A stretch of 64,000 nucleotides of DNA from Patescibacteria group bacterium (GTDB lineage: Bacteria > Patescibacteriota > Patescibacteriia > UBA9934 > GWF2-40-263). Of this stretch, positions 9,272 through 17,752 are shown piece by piece. Within the stretch, counting starts at the first letter, position 1. Each line of letters starts with the position of its first letter. Where the stretch lies: positions 417,181 to 481,180 of the forward strand of contig SCUM01000001.1 in assembly GCA_004297215.1 (NCBI GenBank), read 5' to 3'. A program made the position numbers and the translations under genes. The notes below the pieces were generated by a model. That model was not told the DNA's origin and did not search any database. It saw only the letters and a program-made list of their open reading frames with translations.

Positions 9272-9838
9272 ATGAACGTGGACAGGTCGGAAGAGGCGCG
9301 CACGAGGCCGATCTTCTTCCTCACGAGCAATGACGAGAAGGTCAGGCAGGGGGCGATCCTCGAGATCCTTGGGCGGAACCCGGCGTTCGTCGCGTTCATC
9401 CCGGGCGTCTCGTCCTCGCCGCTCACGACCGCGTTCGAACGGCGCGTCGCGAAGCACCTCCCGCTTTCCGAGTTCCACAGGCGCGAGAGCTCGAAGCAGA
9501 TTGCCGCGAGCGCCTACGCGGACGGGCACGCGATCGGGCTGGAGACCCTGGCGGTGAACGAGGCGGTCATGGGCACGGACGGGAGGGTCGGGCTCACCGG
9601 ATGGCCGGGAGAGCTGGCGCTGCCCCTCGTCCGGGCCGGCTATGACGTCCGCGTCATCTACGTCGAACGGGACGACCTCGCCCCGCAGCGCGCGCTCCGT
9701 GAGCACTACTGGGTCACGTGTGAGGCGCAACGCGTGCAGGCGGTGGCCCTGGCCGTCGACGACGTCCTCGAGTGCATCTGCCGGGAACTGCATCCGGAGC
9801 TGGCATTCCCGCTCGAAATCGAGCTCGGCTGCCGCTGA
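9272..9838 (+). CDS. Degenerate guanylate-kinase-like protein
   Basis: SD AAGGAG; residue pattern parallels Gmk but the P-loop is lost (FFLTSNDEK). Confidence 0.6.
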   Translation: MNVDRSEEARTRPIFFLTSNDEKVRQGAILEILGRNPAFVAFIPGVSSSPLTTAFERRVAKHLPLSEFHRRESSKQIAASAYADGHAIGLETLAVNEAVMGTDGRVGLTGWPGELALPLVRAGYDVRVIYVERDDLAPQRALREHYWVTCEAQRVQAVALAVDDVLECICRELHPELAFPLEIELGCR

Positions 9839-9955
9839 CCCGCCTCCTGAGCGCGACGCGCTCGGAAGGCCTGTCCCCCAAAGCTTCTCGAAGCGAAGGG
9901 GGATTTTCTTTTTGCCGCTTGCCGAGCGGCACTCCTCGGCTACAATGGGGCGGTT

Positions 9956-10390
9956 ATGCACATCCCCGTGAAAATCCTGAAGGTCCATCCGGACGCGATC
10001 ATCCCCGAATATAAGACCTCCGGAGCCTGTGCCTTCGACCTCTCCCCCGTAGAGGACGCCGCGTTCGCTCCGGGCGAGACGAAGCTCGTGGGAACCGGAC
10101 TCGTGTTCTGCTTCCCGCCAGGTCACGTGCTCGTGGTCGCCCCGCGCTCGTCGCTCTTCCGAAAGAAGGGACTGGTGCAGCCGCACTCGATCGGCATCGT
10201 CGATCAGGACTACTGCGGGCCGGACGACGAGGTGAAAATGCTCCTCAAGAACGACTCGGACGTCCCGGTCACGATTGCCAGAGGCGAACGGGTCTGTCAG
10301 GGCTTGTTCTTCCCGGTCGTCCATGCCGCCTTCGAGGAAGTCTCGTCGATGGACGCCCCGACCCGCGGCGGATACGGCAGCACGGGCTGA
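9956..10390 (+). CDS. dut: dUTP diphosphatase (trimeric)
   Basis: ACAFDL, PRSS, GIVDQDYCG, CQG, RGGYGSTG. Confidence 0.96.
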   Translation: MHIPVKILKVHPDAIIPEYKTSGACAFDLSPVEDAAFAPGETKLVGTGLVFCFPPGHVLVVAPRSSLFRKKGLVQPHSIGIVDQDYCGPDDEVKMLLKNDSDVPVTIARGERVCQGLFFPVVHAAFEEVSSMDAPTRGGYGSTG

Positions 10391-10414
10391 AATTTGGTAT
10401 ACTGGAACCCTGGT

Positions 10415-11086
10415 ATGGCGCGCTTCATCGTGATTGACGGGACGGACGGCGCTGGAAAGAAGACCCAGACCGAACTCCTCATCGCCCGCATGGAGCGGGA
10501 AGGCCTTCCGGTGCATGCCGTCTCGTTCCCGCGATACGGGAACCCGTCGGCGTATTTCGTGGAGAAGTTCCTTCGCGGGGGATACGGTGCGGCCGCAGAC
10601 AACATGGGGAAACGCGCTTCCCTGTTCTATGCGATGGACCGTTTCGACGCCGCGCCTGAAATCCGGAACGCGTTGGGCGAGGGCAAGCATGTCGTGACGG
10701 ACCGCTATGTCGCCAGCAACATGGGGCACCAGGGTTCCTTCATGACGGACCTGGCGCAGCGTGACGCGTATTTCGCCTGGAACGACGAGCTCGAGCACGG
10801 GATCCTCGGCATCCCCCGCCCGGACCTCAACGTCGTCCTGCACGTCCCGGCCGAGATCGCCATCGGGCTGAAGCGACAGGCAGGCGGAAAGGACGGGAAG
10901 TCCGGGCTCGACATCGTGGAGAGCGACATCGAGTACTTGCGTGCCGGCGAACGATGTTACCTTGACATCGCCGCCCGCTTCCCCCGTTTCCGCCTCGTGG
11001 AATGCATGGACGGCGACCGCCTCCGCAGCAGGGAGGAAATCCACGAGCTCGTCTGGAAAACCGTCTCGGAATTCTTCCTCACATGA
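10415..11086 (+). CDS. tmk: Thymidylate kinase
   Basis: IDGTDGAGKKTQ P-loop, FPRY, DRYVASN, PDL. Confidence 0.95.
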   Translation: MARFIVIDGTDGAGKKTQTELLIARMEREGLPVHAVSFPRYGNPSAYFVEKFLRGGYGAAADNMGKRASLFYAMDRFDAAPEIRNALGEGKHVVTDRYVASNMGHQGSFMTDLAQRDAYFAWNDELEHGILGIPRPDLNVVLHVPAEIAIGLKRQAGGKDGKSGLDIVESDIEYLRAGERCYLDIAARFPRFRLVECMDGDRLRSREEIHELVWKTVSEFFLT

Positions 11087-11967
11087 CTATGCCCCCCAAA
11101 CCCCTCATCACGATCGGCGAACTCATCGACCAGAGCTGGGACCGCTACCGCGAGTCGTTCACGGATTTCGTGAGCGTGAGCGGCTGGCTGCTCGTCGTCT
11201 CCGTGTTCGACGTGGTGGCGCGCGCGCTCTACCCCGCCACCATCCGCCTGTTGTCCGGCGCGCCGCTCACGTGGAGCGAGAACCTCGGCATCCTTCTCTA
11301 TTGGCTCACCGCCACGGTCATCGCGCCCGCGATCGGGGTGTGGACCATCCTTGCCCTCATGAAACTCGCGGACGCCCGTTTGTCGGGGGTTCGGCTTGAC
11401 CCCAAAACGGCCCTCAAGGCGGCGAAAAAGGAATTCTGGGGGATGACCTGGGTGACCGTGCTGGTCGCACTCGTGCTGCTCGCGACGCTTGCCTGCGGAG
11501 CGATTCCCGGCCTCGCGCTCACGACGATCGTCCTCGCGTCCGGCAAAGGCGGCCTGATGGTGCTCGTCTCAAACGTCGTGCTCATCATCGGCCTCGTCGT
11601 AGCCAACCTCCTCGTGCTCAAGTGGTCGGTGCGCTACGGGTTCGCCCCGTTCGCGTTCGCCGCGGAAGGCACGCGGGGGACGGCGGCGCTTGCCGCAAGC
11701 CGCAAGCTCTCCGAAGGGCGCCTCATGCGCGTGCTCGTGCGCGGCCTCCTGCCTGCCGCCATGTTCGGCCTCGTCGGATACGTGGCCGTCCGCTTCCTGT
11801 CATTGGTGTCCTACACGATCGTTTCCGCCGGCGCCGGCCTCAACCTCGACGTGCAGGTGCGCCTCATGTCCATCTCCGGAAGCGTGTTTCCCATGATCGT
11901 CGCCGTCCTCATCAATCCCCTGATCGTCCTCGTCGGCATGAAGCTGTACCGCAGCCTGAAGGGGTGA
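11083..11967 (+). CDS. Multi-pass membrane protein, about 6 TM
   Basis: Hydrophobic helices, ALAASRKLSEGR motif; ATGA-coupled to tmk. Confidence 0.75.
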   Translation: MTMPPKPLITIGELIDQSWDRYRESFTDFVSVSGWLLVVSVFDVVARALYPATIRLLSGAPLTWSENLGILLYWLTATVIAPAIGVWTILALMKLADARLSGVRLDPKTALKAAKKEFWGMTWVTVLVALVLLATLACGAIPGLALTTIVLASGKGGLMVLVSNVVLIIGLVVANLLVLKWSVRYGFAPFAFAAEGTRGTAALAASRKLSEGRLMRVLVRGLLPAAMFGLVGYVAVRFLSLVSYTIVSAGAGLNLDVQVRLMSISGSVFPMIVAVLINPLIVLVGMKLYRSLKG

Positions 11968-11982
11968 TACGGTTCGGTCGAT

Positions 11983-13515
11983 ATGGTCTTGCAACCGGTC
12001 ATCGGCCTCGAGATTCACGTCCAACTGAAGACCGGGACGAAGATGTTCTGCGGCTGCCCGGCCCACGACACGGGCGCGGCGCCGAACATGAACGTGTGTC
12101 CCGTGTGCCTGGGGAACCCCGGGGTGCTTCCGGTCGTGAACGAAGAGGCGGTACGCATGGGAGTGAGGATGGGCCTCGCGCTCGGGTGCGTCATCGCGGA
12201 GCGCTCCAAGTTCGACCGCAAGCATTATTTCTATCCCGACCTCCCGAAGGGCTACCAGATTTCCCAATACGACCGGCCCATCGCCGAGCATGGCGAAATG
12301 TCGGTGGACGTCCCTGGAAAGGACGTCGTCCGTCCCGTGGCGAAGATCGGGATCACCCGGGCGCACCTGGAGGAAGACGCGGCCAAGAACGTGCATGGGG
12401 AAGCCGGAAAGACCTTCGTGGATTTCAACCGCGCCGGGATGCCGCTCATCGAGATCGTCACTGAGCCTGATTTCCGCTCCCCGGCCGAGGCCAAGGCGTT
12501 CCTCACCGAGCTGCGGCTCATGGCACGCACGCTTCGCGTCTCCGACGCGGACATGGAAAAGGGCCAGCTGCGCTGCGACGCCAACGTCTCGTTGCGCGAA
12601 GTGGACGCGGACGGCAACGTCGTCGGAGAGCGCTTCCACCCCAAGACCGAGGTGAAGAACCTCAACTCCTTCCGCCACGTGGAACGCGCCATCGCCTACG
12701 AGATCAAGCGCCAAGGCGACCTGTGGCACGCGGGAAGCCCGCCTGCCGCATCCACCACGCGCGGCTGGGACGACGTGAAGCAGAAGACTGTGGAGCAGCG
12801 CGTGAAGGAGGCCGAGGGCGACTACCGTTACTTCCCCGAGCCCGACCTCCCGCCGCTCGCGCTCGCGGAGGTCGCCGACGTGGAACGCGCCAAAATGCCC
12901 GAGCTTCCCGCGGCAAAGCGCCGCCGGTTCGTGTCGGAATACGCCGTGAAACCCGAGGACGCGCGCCAGCTCGTGGAGGATCCCGCGCTTGCCGTCTTCG
13001 CCGAACAGGTCTTCTCCGAGATGCACGCCTGGCTGCAGGCGCTCCCCGAGCTCGATGGGGCGGAAGAGGCGACCTGGGAAAAAGAACGCGCCCGCATCGG
13101 CAAGCTCGTCTCATCGTGGCTCACGACGAAACTCCTCGGCGCGCTCTCCGCGCGCGGCGGCGACGTGCGCACCATGAAAGTTGACGCGGAAAATTTCGCG
13201 GAACTGCTCACGCTGGTCGCGACTGGCAAGCTCAACCAGCACAACGCCGCGATCGTGCTCGAGGAAATGCTCGAGAGCGGCGCGGATCCGTCGCACGTCA
13301 TGGAAGACAAGCGCCTGGGCGCCATGCAAGACGCCGGCGCCATCGCCGAGGCGGTGGACCGCGTGCTCGCCAACTTCCCTGCCGAAGTGGTCCGCTACAA
13401 AGGCGGAGAAAAACAGCTGCTCCAATTCCTGATCGGTATGGTGATGAAGGAAACCGAAGGGGCGGCCGACGCGAAGGAGGCGAGGAACATGTTGTTGGTG
13501 AAACTGGAGGGATGA
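11983..13515 (+). CDS. gatB: Asp/Glu-tRNA amidotransferase subunit B
   Basis: IGLEIHVQL, YFYPDLPKGYQISQ, HLEEDA, YRYFPEPDLPP. Confidence 0.98.
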   Translation: MVLQPVIGLEIHVQLKTGTKMFCGCPAHDTGAAPNMNVCPVCLGNPGVLPVVNEEAVRMGVRMGLALGCVIAERSKFDRKHYFYPDLPKGYQISQYDRPIAEHGEMSVDVPGKDVVRPVAKIGITRAHLEEDAAKNVHGEAGKTFVDFNRAGMPLIEIVTEPDFRSPAEAKAFLTELRLMARTLRVSDADMEKGQLRCDANVSLREVDADGNVVGERFHPKTEVKNLNSFRHVERAIAYEIKRQGDLWHAGSPPAASTTRGWDDVKQKTVEQRVKEAEGDYRYFPEPDLPPLALAEVADVERAKMPELPAAKRRRFVSEYAVKPEDARQLVEDPALAVFAEQVFSEMHAWLQALPELDGAEEATWEKERARIGKLVSSWLTTKLLGALSARGGDVRTMKVDAENFAELLTLVATGKLNQHNAAIVLEEMLESGADPSHVMEDKRLGAMQDAGAIAEAVDRVLANFPAEVVRYKGGEKQLLQFLIGMVMKETEGAADAKEARNMLLVKLEG

Positions 13516-13628
13516 GGGTTTGCAAGGGTGGGCGGTGTGGGCATGAGTGAAGGAGTTAAAACCGTCGGACATATGTCCGACGGTTTTCCATCACCCCTGC
13601 AAACCCTTGCCCACCCCTGCCCACTCCT
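13515..13628. repeat. Inverted 9-mer-array element with 30-bp palindromic core
   Basis: G-rich 9-mer arm, AAAACCGTCGGACATATGTCCGACGGTTTT (13558-13587), C-rich mirror arm. Confidence 0.8.
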
Positions 13629-14574
13629 CTATCAGCCCCATTGCTTCTTCGTTTCCCTTCACCCAGTTGATCCGATCATCCCGCTTGAACCAGGTCATCT
13701 GGCGCTTGGCGTAGGCGCGGGTGGCCTTTTTCGTCTCTTCGACCGCGGCGGCGAGCGGGGCCTTCCCGTCGAGGAAGAAGCAGATCTGACGGTAGCCGAT
13801 GCCGCTCATCGCTTCCGTATCACAGCCGTATTTCGTCTTGAGCGCGCGCACCTCGTCCACGAGGCCGTGCGCGACCATCTCTTCCACGCGCTCGTCGATG
13901 CGGCGGTTCAGTTCTTCGCGCCCCACCTCGAGGCCGATCTGCAGCGCGTCGTACTTGGGGTCGCCCTTCGTGAGCTGCTGCGAGAACGGCTTCCCCGTGG
14001 CAAGCGTCACTTCGAGCGCGCGCACCACGCGGCGCTTGTTGTCGCGATCGATGACCTCCGCGCCTTCGGGGTCAAGCCGCTTGTACTCGGCGTACAGGTC
14101 GCCAAGCCCCCGCGCGTCGAGCTGCGCGCGCAAGGCGTACACGGGCGGCGTCTGGGCATACGTCGGGTTGTCCACGATCGCCTTCACCCACAATCCGGTC
14201 CCGCCCACGACGACCGGCAGCTTGCCGCGCTTCAGGATGTCCGCGATCTTCCCGTCCGCATATTTCTTGTAGTCCGCCACGGAATACGGCTCGTCCGGGT
14301 TTGCCAGATCGAACCCCCAGTGCGGGACGCCTTGGATGACCCGAGATTTCCCTCCCGGAAACAACGCCGAAATCCCTGCGGCCTGAGGCCTGAGGCCTGA
14401 GGCCTCATCCCCAGCCGATTTCGCCGTCCCGATCTCCATCCCGCGATACACCGTGCGCGAATCCGCCGCGAGCACTTCGCCGCCGAACCGCTTGGCGACC
14501 TCAAGCCCGAGCGCGCTCTTTCCCGAGGCGGTGGGACCCACGATGACGATGATCTTCGGCATTGGTCCCGGCAT
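13591..14574 (-). CDS. miaA: tRNA dimethylallyltransferase
   Basis: GPTASGKS, ADSRTVYRGMEIGTAK, VGGTGLW, YAKRQMTWF; start 14574 or 14562. Confidence 0.96.
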   Translation of the reverse strand: MPGPMPKIIVIVGPTASGKSALGLEVAKRFGGEVLAADSRTVYRGMEIGTAKSAGDEASGLRPQAAGISALFPGGKSRVIQGVPHWGFDLANPDEPYSVADYKKYADGKIADILKRGKLPVVVGGTGLWVKAIVDNPTYAQTPPVYALRAQLDARGLGDLYAEYKRLDPEGAEVIDRDNKRRVVRALEVTLATGKPFSQQLTKGDPKYDALQIGLEVGREELNRRIDERVEEMVAHGLVDEVRALKTKYGCDTEAMSGIGYRQICFFLDGKAPLAAAVEETKKATRAYAKRQMTWFKRDDRINWVKGNEEAMGLIEEWAGVGKGLQG

Positions 14575-14619
14575 GCCACGAGGATACCGCGCCCCGCGAC
14601 CCCCATCAAACGGCAGGAC

Positions 14620-14648
14620 TTGACACGGGCGGAACCATCGGTTAGAGT
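14620..14648 (+). promoter_or_regulatory. Sigma70-type promoter
   Basis: TTGACA, 17-bp spacer, TAGAGT. Confidence 0.6.
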
Positions 14649-14680
14649 GCGTCGTTCCCTCCCACGAAAGGGGGCGCGCC

Positions 14681-15100
14681 ATGCGCACCTCGGAACAACC
14701 GATCGACCTCGGATGCCACCGGGTCAAACGACAGGTGCTCGCCTGCAGCATCGACGCCGAATACGGGTTCTGCCGGTACGACGACGGCACTCTCGCCCTG
14801 GTGCTCGACGTGCGGCTCCCCCGCGGCACCGACGAGGCCGAAGCCTACGTCTGGCTCGCGTCCATGCGCCTGGTCGTGCGCGCTCGCGACAAGCGGGTGC
14901 TGCTCGACGCCGGGCAGCTGCCCGGCCTCATCCTCCACGGGCGCAGCGGCGACGACATCGAGTTCACCTTGGCCTTCGGACCGCTTCCGAGCGACGTCAT
15001 GGGATGCCCCGGCGCCCGGATGTCCATCGAGACGACGGCACAGCGGGGCGGAATCCTCTACGGCAGCCCGATTCCCCCTCTCCCTCCCAGCCACGCCTGA
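14681..15100 (+). CDS. Hypothetical protein
   Basis: Promoter and purine-rich RBS (AAGGGGG) upstream; host-like codon usage. Confidence 0.6.
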   Translation: MRTSEQPIDLGCHRVKRQVLACSIDAEYGFCRYDDGTLALVLDVRLPRGTDEAEAYVWLASMRLVVRARDKRVLLDAGQLPGLILHGRSGDDIEFTLAFGPLPSDVMGCPGARMSIETTAQRGGILYGSPIPPLPPSHA

Positions 15101-15169
15101 ACGCGTGGTCTTTTTATTTCTTCCCGTCGCCGCTCGTGTGTTATCATGCTTCAAATCGTTATCCCCACT

Positions 15170-16237
15170 ATGGCAAAGAAGATGAATCCAGACGGTCCTG
15201 CGAGGAACGGCGGCCGGGAGTCGACGCGAATCGGCATCCCGAGCACGGTGTCGCAAGGGGAAAAGACCGACTTGTTCGATACGTTCCAAGTGATGCTGGA
15301 ACAGACGACGACCGATGAAAAGATGACGGACGAGATGAAGGCCGAAACCTACTCGAACCTGCTCGAAGAGGCCGGGAGGCGCAGGGCGGAGGCGGGGCGC
15401 GAGGTGGCAAGCGTCCGCATCAAGATGGAGGACACGAAGGACCTGCCGCTTCCAAAAAAGACCATCGATGGGCTGTTGAAAAAGCAGGAGGCCGAGATGC
15501 AGGCATGGCTGGCCAGGGAGTCGGAATACCGCACGGCGGCCGAAAAGATCCGTTCCAGCCTGCTGGGGAATTTCGCGCGTCAGCTCACCTCGGAAAAACT
15601 GCTGGAGCTCCGCCTGCTCGACCAAGGCCATGTCGCGGCCGTTGCGGACCGGATCATCGCGCTCGAAGCCGAACAACAGGCCCTCGCCGAACAGTCGGAA
15701 AAGGCGAAGAAGCTGATGGCGAAGATCGACAAGGAAGAGCTGGCCTACGCGGAGCTCGGGCGTCGGTTCCGCCAACTCAAGGATCGTGCCGATGTGGCCG
15801 GCCTCAAGATCGCGCAGGAACGGAAGAAGCTCGATCGAGCCCGCAAGGAGATGGAAGCGGAAGCGAAGGAACAGGAAGAGGAACGGATCCTTCAACGCGC
15901 ACCATCGCGACTCCGCAAGGGCACCAAGGTCCTGAAAGCCCCCGAATCGGACACCGTCGTGGACGAGGCTCCCCGGACGCTGACGGAAAGCCGCGAACGC
16001 ACCGTGGAGCTCAAGCGTCCGAAGACCGTTGTGGACACCGCCCGAGACGAGGCTCCGGTGAGCATGACCGAGGAGAACGACACCTTGCTCGATCAGGGTC
16101 CGGCAACGGTCGATGAGGAGACCGTGGGCACGGACGAAGACGAGCCGGTGCACACGGCCGTGAGCGTCAAGGAAGAACGGCGAGGAAAGAAACAGGCAAA
16201 GGGCCTGGGAGGATGGATCAAGGGGTTGTTCAAATGA
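15170..16237 (+). CDS. Hypothetical charged coiled-coil protein
   Basis: E/K/R-rich helical ORF ending GGWIKGLFK (amphipathic tail). Confidence 0.75.
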   Translation: MAKKMNPDGPARNGGRESTRIGIPSTVSQGEKTDLFDTFQVMLEQTTTDEKMTDEMKAETYSNLLEEAGRRRAEAGREVASVRIKMEDTKDLPLPKKTIDGLLKKQEAEMQAWLARESEYRTAAEKIRSSLLGNFARQLTSEKLLELRLLDQGHVAAVADRIIALEAEQQALAEQSEKAKKLMAKIDKEELAYAELGRRFRQLKDRADVAGLKIAQERKKLDRARKEMEAEAKEQEEERILQRAPSRLRKGTKVLKAPESDTVVDEAPRTLTESRERTVELKRPKTVVDTARDEAPVSMTEENDTLLDQGPATVDEETVGTDEDEPVHTAVSVKEERRGKKQAKGLGGWIKGLFK

Positions 16238-16270
16238 CCCTGAAGTCATGGATCGGAACGGGGCGGACGC

Positions 16271-16299
16271 TTGACGTCCGTCCCTTTTTCGGCTATCAT
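16271..16299 (+). promoter_or_regulatory. Sigma70-type promoter
   Basis: TTGACG, 17-bp spacer, TATCAT. Confidence 0.65.
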
Positions 16300-16322
16300 T
16301 GCAGGCGCTCAAAGAGGTACAC

Positions 16323-16748
16323 GTGAAAGAAGTGACCGATCTTTCGAAGGTGCGGCACGCGCGGCTCATGGCGTCGTGCAGCAGGCGGCTGGTGAAGGTC
16401 AGCGATCCCGTGGAGGAACGGAAGGAACGGACGCATGGCGTACGCATCGTCCTGACCTTCCGCGAGCTGACGTTCCTCCCCTATCCGTTCCTGCGCGAGC
16501 TGACCATGCTGCTGGTGGATCCGGCGCTGCACCCGAGGATGCTCTGGCGGGCGAAGCTGCTGCTTCCCGACCTCAGCGACTATGCCGATGCGGGAGGGCA
16601 GCGCGCGGTGACGCTTCGGACCCATGGGACGCCTGAGCCGCGACGGCTCACGCTCCACGGCATGGTGGTGCTCACCGCGGGCGACCGCGAACTCCTGTCG
16701 TGCCGGGCGACCGCGCGCAAGATCGCGCGCGGCAACGCCGGCCGCTGA
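16323..16748 (+). CDS. Hypothetical protein
   Basis: GTG start with GAGG RBS, downstream of promoter. Confidence 0.6.
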   Translation: MKEVTDLSKVRHARLMASCSRRLVKVSDPVEERKERTHGVRIVLTFRELTFLPYPFLRELTMLLVDPALHPRMLWRAKLLLPDLSDYADAGGQRAVTLRTHGTPEPRRLTLHGMVVLTAGDRELLSCRATARKIARGNAGR

Positions 16749-16809
16749 CTCCGAGAACCTCGGAGTTTTTTCTTTCCCGTGGTAGAATGGGGGAAATTAT
16801 CCCCACCCT

Positions 16810-17712
16810 ATGGCACGAGGAGACAGCAGCGCGGCGCGCGTCGAACGCGCGGAACCAAGCGTGAAGGCGAGGCGCGAACAGCCGCCGCCGCTCAAGCCGG
16901 CGCTCGAGCGCCAGCGCGCCCTCAAGCTCCTGAAACGGGAATCGGAGGGGACGGACAAGAAAGCGCTCGAGGAGGCGCGGGCGAAGATCGAGACCGTCAC
17001 CAGGACTCCCGCCCAGGATACGCGCCGGATGAGCGCGAGGGCGGCAAAAGAGATGGACCGGCTCACCCAAGCGCGGGCAGAGCTCGCGCGCCTCGCAGAA
17101 AAGACGGAAGGAGGCGCGGGAAACGCCGCCAAGGACCAGGTCATCGCCCAAACGACGGCGGACAAGGATCGGGCGATTGCGGTTTCCGCCAAACGCCTGC
17201 TTGAGAACTTTTCCGACGAGCTCACGGCCGCGGAACAGGATGATTTCAAGGAGATCGTGAGGGCCTGGAACGCGCGGGAAACGGCGGCAAAGAAGGAAAC
17301 GGCGGCAAAAAGGGAGGCTTCGAAGCCGTATGCCCCTTCGCAACAGGACCGCGTCATGATGCTCGGCAACGAGATTGAGGACCTAAAGGAAGGGATGTCC
17401 GGTCCGGGCCTCAAGCAAGTGCGCGAAGAACTCGAGGATCTCGGCGTGAACCCGGACGTGGTGCGCATATCGCGCTGGAAACGATTCGCCACCGGCGCGC
17501 GGGCCCTGTTCAAGCCCCGCATCACCAAGCTGATGGCGGACTACCAGGACCTGCTCGACGACGTGGAGCGCAAGCAACGGGCCTTGGACGAGCTCACGCG
17601 CAAGGAACCCAGCAAGGAACAGCTCGCCCATCACCGGGAGACCGTCCGTGGACGACGAGACACGGCGCGTCAGAATCGGGCCCAAGAGTTCAAAGGACGC
17701 AAGGGGTTATAA
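16810..17712 (+). CDS. Hypothetical charged coiled-coil protein
   Basis: A/E/K/R-rich ORF; TGGTAGAAT extended -10 upstream. Confidence 0.72.
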   Translation: MARGDSSAARVERAEPSVKARREQPPPLKPALERQRALKLLKRESEGTDKKALEEARAKIETVTRTPAQDTRRMSARAAKEMDRLTQARAELARLAEKTEGGAGNAAKDQVIAQTTADKDRAIAVSAKRLLENFSDELTAAEQDDFKEIVRAWNARETAAKKETAAKREASKPYAPSQQDRVMMLGNEIEDLKEGMSGPGLKQVREELEDLGVNPDVVRISRWKRFATGARALFKPRITKLMADYQDLLDDVERKQRALDELTRKEPSKEQLAHHRETVRGRRDTARQNRAQEFKGRKGL

Positions 17713-17740
17713 GAAAACAGGGCCTCACGGCCCTGTTTTC
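17713..17740. terminator. Bidirectional intrinsic terminator
   Basis: GAAAACAGGGCC-TCAC-GGCCCTGTTTTC between convergent genes. Confidence 0.8.
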
Positions 17741-17752
17741 GTTTCGCAATCC

